Assembly: GCA_965277895.1 (NCBI GenBank)
Contig: CBDIDR010000001.1
Coordinates: 512,430-576,429, forward strand
Source: Flavobacteriales bacterium
Lineage (GTDB): Bacteria > Bacteroidota > Bacteroidia > Flavobacteriales > UBA7312
Direction of reading: 5' to 3'
Length of the DNA stretch: 64,000 nt
Shown: one piece after another, positions 10,501-18,341 of the stretch
How the letters are laid out: the number at the start of each line of letters is the position of its first letter
Numbering within the stretch: position 1 is the stretch's first letter
Position numbers and translations under genes: made by a program
Notes under the pieces: generated by a model
Told to the model about the DNA's origin: nothing
Seen by the model: only the letters and a program-made list of their open reading frames with translations
Database searches by the model: none

Positions 10501-10577
10501 ATTGTGGCATAATATGTTATAAAAGCTATTGTAAAAGTTAACCATCCAAATAGATTATTTAGCTTAGAGTAAGTCAT
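7569..10577 (-). CDS. Large polytopic GT-C-like membrane protein (DUF2723 / TMEM260-like putative glycosyltransferase)
   Basis: 1002 aa. The N-terminal ~600 aa has many hydrophobic segments and an early loop motif EPTVSFWDCGEY...GHPPGAPFF. The C-terminal ~400 aa is a soluble, helical/TPR-like region. The family name is from recollection. Confidence 0.65.
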   Translation of the reverse strand: MTYSKLNNLFGWLTFTIAFITYYATIEPTVSFWDCGEYISTAYKLEVGHPPGAPFFQLIGRFFSLFASDTANIAFMINIMSALCSALTILFLFWSISAFAKKIVKQQETATLANKIAIFGSALVGALTYTFSDSFWFSATEGEVYAMSSFFTAITFWAILKWESEADDKYASRWIIFIAYLIGLSIGVHLLNLLAIPAVIFIYFFKKHEVNKFALLKVFLLAVIVTGGLQGVIIPGIVSLAGKFELFFINTVGLPFNTGTIIYFILIISGIVFGLIYAKKNNKDIMGISLVSFAAILIGYSTFFILVIRSNADTPIDENNPEDAVSLLAYLNREQYGDWPILNGQYYNAKIIDLKDGNPVYTKDEDKGEYVITNDRKNSKPVYDPKFSSFFPRMWSSSQASHAKAYQQWSGQKNAKRPPTFSQNLKYFFNYQIGHMYWRYFMWNFSGRQNDIQGHGEINKGNWLSGIPFIDNNLRGLGPQDIIPENMANNKGRNIYFMLPFLLGVIGMLYQFSKNNKDAFVVLLLFLFTGLAIVVYLNQYPYQPRERDYAYVGSFYAYSIWVGLGVLAVIDFLSKKLSSLNSSVVATALCLLLVPTLMAKENWDDHDRSDRYTARDVAANYLNSCAPNAIIFTNGDNDTFPLWYAQEVEGIRTDIRVVNLSLFNTDWYIDQMKRAAYDAAPIPSSMEWDKYKQGTRDYVIIRDNGKGYVDVKDVVNFIASDNDKTKGFTRNGQKADYCPTNKLKIPINKADIIRKGIVAAEDSNRIVDEVKWELKGNSINKNEMMVLDILANFNWDRPIYFAITVGSGNFMGLEKYFQLEGLAYRFVPYLAKSADGQTGEVATDIMYDNLINKFNWGNMQDPNVYLDETNMRMTMNFRNNFVRLAEALIREGDFERAENVIDRCLEVMPNEAIPFNYFNLPMAEVYYKIGKVEKAKEIVSILTDSYFNELEYYNKVDDKILSKLQREYQLANQIVSNLYSITTKYKDNESQEKIVELYNQYQ

Positions 10578-10670
10578 AGTATTGAAAGAAGTTTTGATTC
10601 GTAGGCGAATTTAATAAAATAATTAATCATTATCTTTAGATTTTAGAATAGAAAATAAAATATTTGATTC

Positions 10671-10701
10671 TTTGCAAAAGAACTATAAATTGTTATTTTT
10701 G
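10671..10701 (+). promoter_or_regulatory. Bacteroidetes-type promoter for tRNA-Gln (-33 TTTG / -7 TAnnTTTG)
   Basis: TTTG at 10671-10674, a 19-nt spacer, then TATTTTTG at 10694-10701. The tRNA starts 13 nt downstream. Confidence 0.5.
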
Positions 10702-10713
10702 CTGCCCTTTTAT

Positions 10714-10786
10714 TGCCCGATGGTGTAACTGGCAACACGTCTGGTTTTGGTCCAGAAGAGTCTAGGTTCGAGCCCTAGTCGGGTAA
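10714..10786 (+). tRNA. tRNA-Gln (anticodon UUG)
   Basis: A 73-nt cloverleaf folded by hand. Acceptor TGCCCGA/TCGGGTA; D arm GTGT-AACTGGCA-ACAC; anticodon stem TCTGG/CCAGA with loop TT-TTG-GT; 5-nt variable region; T arm CTAGG-TTCGAGC-CCTAG; discriminator A. CCA is not encoded. Confidence 0.9.
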
Positions 10787-10826
10787 CTATATTTTCTACA
10801 AATTTACAATGCATAATAAAAAATTG

Positions 10827-10834
10827 TATATTTG
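10827..10834 (+). promoter_or_regulatory. Candidate -7 promoter box (TATATTTG) for the repeat-protein gene
   Basis: Matches TAnnTTTG, 43 nt upstream of ATG 10878. There is no clean -33 TTG at the canonical spacing. Confidence 0.3.
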
Positions 10835-10877
10835 TTTTACTATAAAATCTTAACAACCAATTTAACAAGTTACTAAT

Positions 10878-13175
10878 ATGAAAGGTATTCTACAAAAAAA
10901 TACTAAGTCCAATCTAGTCTTAGCATTATTATTTTCTTTTTTTACGCTGTCTTTAAGTGCTCAGGATTTTTCTCCTGAAGTATCATTTAATATTGACAAT
11001 CCTGTAATGGGTCAAGCGTCAACATTCTCTTTTGAAATATCACAATCTGAAGGTGAGACTGACATTTCAAATAGCACAATAACAACTAATGGAGGCTCAT
11101 TTGATATAGCTTCATTATCTGTTGGAGATGTTGTTGGAAGTGGTTCTGGATTTATTGGTGGTGGTTCAAGCAGTGGAGAATTCAGCTTAGTAGTTTTTGA
11201 TGTCTTTGAAAATAGTGCTGATCTTGATGTGGTTGATTCCAATTCAGAGGTAATTGGCATGATGAACATTTCTAACTCATCAAATAATGGTGTTTCAATT
11301 TATTCTTCAAATACTTATGATGATGGTAATAATGAAACTGCAGGTAATCTACAGCAAGTTGAATTAACGGGAATATTCACTAACCCAATGAGCTCTTCAG
11401 TATTAATAAGTTCTTCTATATTCTCTGAGTTAGAACCTAACGGGCCATCTGCTGATTATTCTACTGAATATGATTTGTTAGGCGATTTTAGTCCTGCAGT
11501 ATCAGTTAGCTTAAGCAGTCAAGAACCTTCAACTTTTACTAACCTATCATTTAGTGTTAGTCAAGATGCCGGTGAAGAAGATATGGCAACCGTTACTTAC
11601 GTATTTGATGGTGGTTCATTTGCATTGTCTTCTATGTCTGTAGGAGACGTTGTTGGTAGTGGTACAGGTTCATATGGTGGCGGCTTCGCTACTGGAAATT
11701 ACTCAATTGTTGTTGATCAGCTAACAGTTGTAACTGCAGTATTCAATGCAGTTGATGATAGTGAAAATGATATTGCAACTTTTTCTGTTGTTAATTATGC
11801 TGATGGTGGAGCTGAAATTTCTTCTACTTCTCCAGGTGATAATAATACAACAACAGCAGGAAACAGCAACGATTTTACACTAGAAGGTATCTTCATTACA
11901 CCAGACTCTGACATGTTAACGATGACAGCTGATTTGGTATCTGAGATGCAGTCTTCTCAAACAAATACATTTGAAGTAGAATTGGAAGAAGTAGTTGATT
12001 TTAGCCCTGTAATTGAAGTTTCATTTGCTAACAACGATTGTAATGAGGCTACTGATATGACATTCACAATTTCACAAGATGCAGATGAAATTGATATGGC
12101 ATCTTCTATACTAACAATGACTGGTGGTTCTTTTGATTTTTCATCTTCAGAAGTTGGTGACTTAGTAGGGACTGGAACTGGTTTTTATGGTGGAGATATT
12201 GCCTTTAACTTAAGTCTATTCGTTAATGAAATAACTGCTACTGGAGCAGTAATTTTAGCAGTTAACGATGATGACGAATCACAAACATCCTTTTTCACGC
12301 TTACAAACTTAGCTGAAGGTGTTCAAATTTCTTCTACCTCCCCAGGTGATAACAATACAGAAACAGCTGGAAACAGCACTACTGTAACGCTTTCTAATGT
12401 ATTTACAAATCCAGATGAAGGCGATTATGAATTTTATGGTTCTTTCACTTCTGAATTAAATAACTCTTCTGAATTTGATGGTGCATATGGTGTTGTTTGT
12501 CCATGTGAGGATGTTGAAGTATCAGAAGAATTCACACTATGTGCAGGTGAAACTCTAACTATTGGAGAAAACACTTATGATGAAGCAGGTGAGTATGTTA
12601 ATGTATATGCCCTAGCATCAGGTTGTGATAGTATAGTAACAACTACATTATCTTTCTTTGTGGTGGCTACACCAACAATTTCTGGTGAAACAAATGCAAC
12701 TGAAAATCAAAGTTACGATTACACTGTTGACGCACAAGATGAGTCTACTTTACAGTGGGGTGTTGTAAACGGAGAAATCAACTCTGGTCAAGGTACTGCT
12801 ACAGCAAACATTACTTGGGGTGATGGTCCTTCAACAGGAACTGTATGGTTATTGTTAACAGACGAAAACGGATGTAAGGCAGATACTGCTTTCTTAGAAG
12901 TTACTATCTCTGAGACAGTAGGAATTACAGAAAAAACTTTATTAGGAGTAAATGTTTACCCTAACCCATTTAAAGAGTCCACAACTGTAGAGTTCAACAA
13001 TCCTAACAACGATACTTACCGCATCAGTCTTATGGATGCTAGAGGACGTACTGTAATGAATACATCAACGCAGTCAAGTCAACTCATTATTAAGAAAGAA
13101 AATCTACAAGAAGGAATCTATTTCCTTGAGATAGACGGAAAAAATAAATCACGACAAATAGTAGTGATTCAGTAA
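10878..13175 (+). CDS. Secreted T9SS cargo protein: three tandem ~170-aa repeats of an unrecognised domain, a Cys-containing region, and a type-A T9SS C-terminal sorting domain
   Basis: Signal peptide ending LSLSAQ. Repeats start DFSPEVSF / DFSPAVSV / DFSPVIEV. C-terminus VNVYPNPFKESTTVEF...GIYFLEIDGKNKSRQIVVIQ is the type-A CTD pattern. Confidence 0.75.
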   Translation: MKGILQKNTKSNLVLALLFSFFTLSLSAQDFSPEVSFNIDNPVMGQASTFSFEISQSEGETDISNSTITTNGGSFDIASLSVGDVVGSGSGFIGGGSSSGEFSLVVFDVFENSADLDVVDSNSEVIGMMNISNSSNNGVSIYSSNTYDDGNNETAGNLQQVELTGIFTNPMSSSVLISSSIFSELEPNGPSADYSTEYDLLGDFSPAVSVSLSSQEPSTFTNLSFSVSQDAGEEDMATVTYVFDGGSFALSSMSVGDVVGSGTGSYGGGFATGNYSIVVDQLTVVTAVFNAVDDSENDIATFSVVNYADGGAEISSTSPGDNNTTTAGNSNDFTLEGIFITPDSDMLTMTADLVSEMQSSQTNTFEVELEEVVDFSPVIEVSFANNDCNEATDMTFTISQDADEIDMASSILTMTGGSFDFSSSEVGDLVGTGTGFYGGDIAFNLSLFVNEITATGAVILAVNDDDESQTSFFTLTNLAEGVQISSTSPGDNNTETAGNSTTVTLSNVFTNPDEGDYEFYGSFTSELNNSSEFDGAYGVVCPCEDVEVSEEFTLCAGETLTIGENTYDEAGEYVNVYALASGCDSIVTTTLSFFVVATPTISGETNATENQSYDYTVDAQDESTLQWGVVNGEINSGQGTATANITWGDGPSTGTVWLLLTDENGCKADTAFLEVTISETVGITEKTLLGVNVYPNPFKESTTVEFNNPNNDTYRISLMDARGRTVMNTSTQSSQLIIKKENLQEGIYFLEIDGKNKSRQIVVIQ
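10965..12497 (+). repeat. Three tandem in-frame coding repeats (10965-11483, 11484-11996, 11997-12497)
   Basis: All three copies share motifs in the same order: DFSP, (F/L)(S/T)(F/I)(E/S)(I/V)SQ, GGSF(D/A), S(V/E)GD(V/L)VG(S/T)G(S/T)G, YGG, then a (S)S(N/T)(T/S) run with DGNNET or PGDNNT followed by TAGN, and (G/N)(I/V)F(T/I)(N/T)P. Confidence 0.8.
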
Positions 13176-13181
13176 GAATTT

Positions 13182-13208
13182 AAAGCCCCAATTTTGGGGC
13201 TTTTTTTT
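13182..13208 (+). terminator. Rho-independent terminator
   Basis: GCCCC (13185-13189) pairs with GGGGC (13196-13200), followed by T8 (13201-13208). It lies 7 nt after the stop codon. Confidence 0.8.
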
Positions 13209-13293
13209 GTCCTATTTGGTAGCTGGAGAATGTGACTATTACTTTTAGAATTAGACTTATCTCTTACTTCAAGGAATAATAAAATAATCATCT

Positions 13294-13324
13294 TTTGCAT
13301 TTTCTTTAAAAAGCATTACATTTG
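13294..13324 (+). promoter_or_regulatory. Bacteroidetes-type promoter of the rimP-nusA-infB operon
   Basis: TTTG at 13294-13297, a 19-nt spacer, then TACATTTG at 13317-13324 (TAnnTTTG). Confidence 0.5.
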
Positions 13325-13347
13325 CACTAGAAATTATTTGATATACG

Positions 13348-13374
13348 AGGGGGCATGCAGCCCCTTCTTTTATT
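13348..13374 (+). promoter_or_regulatory. Terminator-like GC hairpin plus T-rich tract in the rimP leader (candidate attenuator)
   Basis: Core stem GGGGC (13350-13354) / GCCCC (13360-13364) with loop ATGCA. It is extendable by G-T and A-T pairs and is followed by TTCTTTTATT. It ends 5 nt before ATG 13379. Confidence 0.45.
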
Positions 13375-13378
13375 AGTT

Positions 13379-13843
13379 ATGCTAAGTAAAGAGAAAGTAC
13401 AAGAATTAATTGACGACTTCATTTCTGAAAATGATGCTGTGTTTTTAGTGTCATTTAAAATGAGTCCATCAAATCAAATAGAAGTTCTAATTGATTCTAC
13501 CGATGGAATTAGCGTCAAAAATTGTATTGAACTTAGTAGACACATTGAAGGTAATTTTGACAGAGAAGAAGTAGACTTCTCACTGTTAGTATCAAGTGCT
13601 GGACTGAGTGAGCCATTTAAAGTATTTAAACAATACAAAAAGAATATTGGTAAAAACGTAAATGTCTTTCTCAAAGAAGGGAAGAAATTATTCGGTAAAA
13701 TGATTGACGCTGAAGAAGGAAAAGGCATCACACTTGAAACCACACGAAAAGAAAAAGTAGGAAAGAAAAAAACAAATATTACTGAACAACATTCTTTTAG
13801 TTTTGATCAGATTGACAAGACTAAGATTGTTATCTCATTTTAA
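13379..13843 (+). CDS. rimP: Ribosome maturation factor RimP
   Basis: ~155 aa immediately upstream of nusA (conserved rimP-nusA-infB order), with a RimP-like N-terminus (KVQELIDDFI...FLV...). I prefer ATG 13379 over the track start 13355, which lies inside the leader hairpin loop. Confidence 0.8.
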   Translation: MLSKEKVQELIDDFISENDAVFLVSFKMSPSNQIEVLIDSTDGISVKNCIELSRHIEGNFDREEVDFSLLVSSAGLSEPFKVFKQYKKNIGKNVNVFLKEGKKLFGKMIDAEEGKGITLETTRKEKVGKKKTNITEQHSFSFDQIDKTKIVISF

Positions 13844-13857
13844 ATAATTAAATAAAG

Positions 13858-15093
13858 ATGAATGCAACTAATCTAATTGAGTCATTTTCAGAGTTTAAAG
13901 AGTTTAAGAACATCGATCGTGAGACTATGATGAACGTTCTTGAAGATGTTTTTAGAGGTGTTATGATTAAACAATATGGCACTGATGAAAACATTGATGT
14001 TATTATAAATATCGATAAAGGCGATTTAGAAATCTGGAGAAACAGAGAAATTGTAGCCGATGCTGATATAGAAGACTCAAATCTTCAAATAGCATACTCG
14101 GACGCTATTAAAATTGAGCCTGATTTTGAGATTGGAGAAGAAGTTTCAGAACAAGTTTTCTTAGAAGACTTTGGGAGAAGACAAGTGCTATCATTAAGAC
14201 AAACACTAACATCAAGAATCTTAGACCTTGAGAAAAAAGAAGTTTTTGATAGGTATGAAGATAGGATTGGTGAAATTATAAACGGTGAAGTTTATCAGGT
14301 TTGGAGAAACGAAATCTTAATTTTAGACGGTGAAGAGAATGAATTAATTCTACCAAAGTCTGAAGCCATTCCAAGTGATTTTTTCAAGAAAGGCGATACA
14401 GTAAGAGCCGTAGTTAAGAGTGTTGAGATGAGAAATCACAATCCATTAATTATTCTTTCAAGAACTGCTCCAGAATTTTTAGCACGTCTTTTTGAGCAAG
14501 AAGTGCCAGAAGTTTTTGATGGATTAATTACTATCAAGAAAATTGTACGTGTTCCGGGTGAAAGAGCAAAAGTAGCCGTGGAATCTTATGATGAAAGAAT
14601 TGATCCAGTAGGAGCATGTGTAGGAATGAAAGGTGCACGTATTCATGGAATTGTAAGAGAGCTTCGAAATGAAAATATTGACGTTATCAACTATACAGAT
14701 AATATTCAGTTATTTATTACTAGAGCACTAAATCCGGCTAAAGTATCATCAATTCAATTGGATGAAGATACAAGTAAGGCAGATGTATATTTGCACCCAG
14801 ATCAAGTATCTCTAGCAATTGGAAAAGGTGGATTTAACATTAGATTGGCGAGTATGCTTACAGCTTACGAAATAGATGTTTACAGAAACATCGATGAAGC
14901 CGATGATGATGTTGAATTAACAGAATTTACAGACGAAATAGAAGGATGGATAATTGATGAATTAAAATCGATTGGATGCGATACAGCAAGAGATGTCATT
15001 AAGTTAGATAAAGCAGATCTTGTTAAGCGTACAGATTTAGAAGAAGAGACTGTTAATGAAATACTAAGTATTTTAAAAGCAGAGCTCGAATAA
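13858..15093 (+). CDS. nusA: Transcription termination/antitermination factor NusA
   Basis: S1-like region (GEVYQVWRNEILI) and KH motifs GACVGMKGARIHGI and AIGKGGFNIRLAS. 411 aa. Confidence 0.95.
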   Translation: MNATNLIESFSEFKEFKNIDRETMMNVLEDVFRGVMIKQYGTDENIDVIINIDKGDLEIWRNREIVADADIEDSNLQIAYSDAIKIEPDFEIGEEVSEQVFLEDFGRRQVLSLRQTLTSRILDLEKKEVFDRYEDRIGEIINGEVYQVWRNEILILDGEENELILPKSEAIPSDFFKKGDTVRAVVKSVEMRNHNPLIILSRTAPEFLARLFEQEVPEVFDGLITIKKIVRVPGERAKVAVESYDERIDPVGACVGMKGARIHGIVRELRNENIDVINYTDNIQLFITRALNPAKVSSIQLDEDTSKADVYLHPDQVSLAIGKGGFNIRLASMLTAYEIDVYRNIDEADDDVELTEFTDEIEGWIIDELKSIGCDTARDVIKLDKADLVKRTDLEEETVNEILSILKAELE

Positions 15094-15107
15094 CTTTAAA
15101 TTAAATT

Positions 15108-17744
15108 ATGTCAGGAGTGTCACAAAGACTATCAAAAGTTGCTAAGGAATTTAATGTAGGTGTAGATACTATTTTAGATTTCTTAGAAAGTAAGGGAATA
15201 GATAATTTGAATAGAAATTCAAAGATATCTCCTGAAACATATGAAATGCTCGTTGATGAGTATCAACCAGATAAAAAGGTCAAAGCTGAAGCAAAAGAAT
15301 TAAAGAAAGCAGAAGATGATCTAAAGCCAAAAGTTAAGAAGGAAATTGAAACGGTTAAAGTTGAAGCACCTAAAATGGAGGGACTCAAAATTGTTTCAAA
15401 AGTAGACATTGCCCCCTCTAAAACGGTTGAGTCTGAAGTTAAGAAGAAAGAGGTCGAGCCTGAAAAAGTTGAAGCACCTGTAGTAGAAAAATCAGATGTT
15501 GAACCTCCAAAAACCGATGATCCAAAAGTTGCCGAGGAGGTAAAAACTGAACCAAAAGATTCAGTCCCTGAAGATAAAAAAGAAGCGGAGACTTCTGAAG
15601 AAAAGAAAACAGATCAATCTTCAATTATACGTGGAAGAGCAAAGAAATTAGATGGGCCAACTTTAGTGTCGTCTGAAAAAATTGATTTAACAAAGTTTCA
15701 AAAACCTAAGAAGAAAACACCAGTTGCATCATCTTCGGCAAACGTTGAAACGAAGAAAAAAAGAAAACGAGTTTCAACTTCCTCAGGAAATCGTGACAAA
15801 CGCCCTAACAGAGGGAAACAAAATACTACCCCAAGAGTTGAGCTTACCCCAGAACAAATACAAAAACAAGTAAGAGAAAACCTTGCTAAACTTCAAAGTG
15901 GAGGAAAGAATAAAGGAGCTAAACTCAGAAGAGAAAAAAGACAGGCTCGAAAAGAACAGGAAGAAATTAATCTGATTAAATCAGAGGAAGAAAGCAAAAC
16001 AATTCAAGTAACAGAATTTGTTACTACGGCCGAATTTGCTCAGTTAATGAGTGTGGAGCCAACTCAAATCATATCAGCATGTTTCTCATTAGGAATGATG
16101 GTTACTCAAAACCAAAGACTCGATGCCGAAACACTTTCGATTGTAGCTGAAGAATTTGGATTTACTGTCGAATTTGTTGGAGCTGAAGTGCAAGAATCCA
16201 TACAGCAAGAAGAAGATACTGAAGAAAATTTAGTGTCAAGAGCACCAATAGTTACAGTAATGGGTCACGTTGATCATGGTAAAACATCTTTGCTAGACTA
16301 CATTAGAGATGCCAATGTTATTAGCGGTGAAGCTGGTGGTATAACGCAGCACGTTGGAGCATATGAGGTAAATCTTAAAGGAAAGAAAATAACATTTTTA
16401 GATACTCCAGGTCACGAGGCCTTTACTGCGATGAGAGCCCGTGGAGCACAAGTAACGGATGTAGTAATTATAGTTGTAGCAGCTGATGATAAAGTCATGC
16501 CACAAACAAAAGAGGCAATTAGTCACGCACAAGCAGCTGGTGTACCTATGGTATTCGCTTTGAATAAGATTGATAGAGAAACCGCAAACCCAGATAAAAT
16601 CAAAGAACAACTAGCTAATGAAAACGTCTTGTTGGAAGATTGGGGAGGTAAGTTTCAGTCGCAAGAAATATCTGCCAAAACAGGTCTTGGAATACCTGAA
16701 CTTTTAGAAAAAGTGTTGCTAGAAGCTGAACTACTAGACTTAAAGGCAAATCCAGATAAAAATGCTATTGGTACTGTTATCGAAGCCTCATTAGATAAGG
16801 GTAAAGGATATCTTACAACTATTTTAGTTGAATCTGGAACTTTGAAAGTAGGTGATTATGTGTTAGCAGGTTGTTTTTCTGGTAAAGTAAAAGCCTTACT
16901 TGACGAAAGAGAAATTAAAATGGAGAATGCGGGGCCATCCACTCCAGCAGTTCTGTTAGGATTAAATGGAGCAGCACAAGCAGGTGATAAATTCAACGTG
17001 ATGGATGATGAACGTGAAGCTAAGAATATTGCCGCAAAAAGAATGCAGCTTCAAAGAGAGCAAGGTGTAAGAACACAAAAACACATCACGCTTGATGAAA
17101 TAGGCAGACGATTAGCCTTAGGAGACTTTAAAGAGTTAAATATAATTATAAAAGGTGATGTTGACGGTTCTATTGAAGCACTTTCAGACTCATTACAAAA
17201 ACTATCAACCGATCAAATTGCTGTTAATATAATACACAAGTCTGTAGGTCAAATTTCAGAATCAGACGTTATGCTTGCGGCAGCCTCTGACGCAGTAATC
17301 ATTGGTTTCCAAGTTCGTCCATCTGTAAATGCTAGAAAACTTGCAGAAAAAGAAGAAATTGATATTAGACTGTATTCAGTAATCTATAATGCCATTGAAG
17401 AGCTTGAAAAAGCAATGGAAGGTATGTTGTCGCCAGACATTGAAGAGAAGGTAGTCTGTAACATCGAGATTAGAGAAACATTTAAGATATCTAAAATTGG
17501 TACAATTGCAGGTTGTTATGTTCTTGACGGTAAAATAAACAGGAACACCAAGATTCGATTAATACGAGATGGTATTGTAGTTTATTCAGGTGAATTAGCA
17601 ACTTTAAAACGTTTCAAAGACGATGTTAAGGAGGTATCAGCAGGCTACGAATGCGGATTAAGCATCAACAACTATAATGATATAAAAGTTGGCGATATCG
17701 TAGAAGGTTTTGAAGAAGTTGAAGTTAAGAAAACTCTTAATTAG
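15108..17744 (+). CDS. infB: Translation initiation factor IF-2
   Basis: GTPase motifs [20 protein letters not shown] and NKIDR. Long K/E-rich N-terminal region. 878 aa. Confidence 0.95.
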   Translation: MSGVSQRLSKVAKEFNVGVDTILDFLESKGIDNLNRNSKISPETYEMLVDEYQPDKKVKAEAKELKKAEDDLKPKVKKEIETVKVEAPKMEGLKIVSKVDIAPSKTVESEVKKKEVEPEKVEAPVVEKSDVEPPKTDDPKVAEEVKTEPKDSVPEDKKEAETSEEKKTDQSSIIRGRAKKLDGPTLVSSEKIDLTKFQKPKKKTPVASSSANVETKKKRKRVSTSSGNRDKRPNRGKQNTTPRVELTPEQIQKQVRENLAKLQSGGKNKGAKLRREKRQARKEQEEINLIKSEEESKTIQVTEFVTTAEFAQLMSVEPTQIISACFSLGMMVTQNQRLDAETLSIVAEEFGFTVEFVGAEVQESIQQEEDTEENLVSRAPIVTVMGHVDHGKTSLLDYIRDANVISGEAGGITQHVGAYEVNLKGKKITFLDTPGHEAFTAMRARGAQVTDVVIIVVAADDKVMPQTKEAISHAQAAGVPMVFALNKIDRETANPDKIKEQLANENVLLEDWGGKFQSQEISAKTGLGIPELLEKVLLEAELLDLKANPDKNAIGTVIEASLDKGKGYLTTILVESGTLKVGDYVLAGCFSGKVKALLDEREIKMENAGPSTPAVLLGLNGAAQAGDKFNVMDDEREAKNIAAKRMQLQREQGVRTQKHITLDEIGRRLALGDFKELNIIIKGDVDGSIEALSDSLQKLSTDQIAVNIIHKSVGQISESDVMLAAASDAVIIGFQVRPSVNARKLAEKEEIDIRLYSVIYNAIEELEKAMEGMLSPDIEEKVVCNIEIRETFKISKIGTIAGCYVLDGKINRNTKIRLIRDGIVVYSGELATLKRFKDDVKEVSAGYECGLSINNYNDIKVGDIVEGFEEVEVKKTLN

Positions 17745-18147
17745 TCTGCAGCCCTTCGTTTAATTCGAAATTCACAATAGATGGAACAATATATGTTCCT
17801 CTATATTTTCTACTAATTTCTTTCTGAACTTTGTAAGCTTCAATTCTAGTAATAAAATCCCCTACTTGAATTTTATAGTAAGGAGACTTAAACTTTAGGT
17901 ATGTTTTAAGATGAGGAAAATCTTTTGAAAATCTAGCCCTCACTTTTTGTGACTCCTCTCGACTTTGACTTTGGTTGTGATGAATTTGCACTCTAAATCC
18001 ATCAACACCCTTTTTTAAGCTATTGATTTGAATTTGTTTTGATACCAAACTATCAATTCTACTATTGTTTTCGTCATCGATTAAAGTGTTTTGTGACACA
18101 ACCGAAGTGCTAATTAAGCAAATACATAAAAAATACAAGGCTTTCAT
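17737..18147 (-). CDS. SPOR domain-containing protein (peptidoglycan-binding)
   Basis: Signal peptide, then a C-terminal SPOR-like pattern GFRVQI...A...[23 protein letters not shown]. Its 3' end overlaps the infB 3' end by 8 nt (convergent). Confidence 0.65.
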   Translation of the reverse strand: MKALYFLCICLISTSVVSQNTLIDDENNSRIDSLVSKQIQINSLKKGVDGFRVQIHHNQSQSREESQKVRARFSKDFPHLKTYLKFKSPYYKIQVGDFITRIEAYKVQKEISRKYRGTYIVPSIVNFELNEGLQTN

Positions 18148-18255
18148 ATGACAAAGATAACTTATTTATTAGTGTAAGTATGTGAATTTGAGATTGATAT
18201 AATATTTAAACGAAGCTTTATTTAGAATGAGTATAAATTGCTGTAAAAATATCAA

Positions 18256-18288
18256 GTAGAACACACTAAAAATTTAGGAATGTTCTAC
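18256..18288. promoter_or_regulatory. 8-bp inverted repeat GTAGAACA-N17-TGTTCTAC overlapping the ACIII promoter
   Basis: GTAGAACA at 18256-18263 and its exact reverse complement TGTTCTAC at 18281-18288. The right arm overlaps the -7 box by 3 nt (18286-18288). Confidence 0.3.
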
Positions 18289-18293
18289 ATTTG
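18286..18293 (+). promoter_or_regulatory. Candidate -7 promoter box (TACATTTG) of the act-cox operon
   Basis: Matches TAnnTTTG, 49 nt upstream of ATG 18342. The TTG used as the ORF-track start (18291) lies inside this box. Confidence 0.4.
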
Positions 18294-18341
18294 TGGGCGT
18301 TAAAAGTGGCTCAATTCTTTACTGAATATTATTTTATAAAT

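Noticed and set aside
13355-13378. Upstream ATG used by the ORF track as the rimP start (MQPLLLLV...).
   Set aside because: The ATG sits in the loop of the GC-rich leader hairpin and the extension has no RimP-like sequence. ATG 13379 (MLSKEKVQELI...) is the more plausible start.
15300-16000. Highly K/E/P-rich, repeat-like stretch at the start of infB.
   Set aside because: This is the well-known low-complexity N-terminal region of IF-2, not a separate element or repeat array.
18291-18341. TTG start extending ActA by 17 codons.
   Set aside because: The TTG is part of the putative -7 promoter box TACATTTG. The extension precedes a normal signal/anchor beginning at MAKFIRL (ATG 18342).
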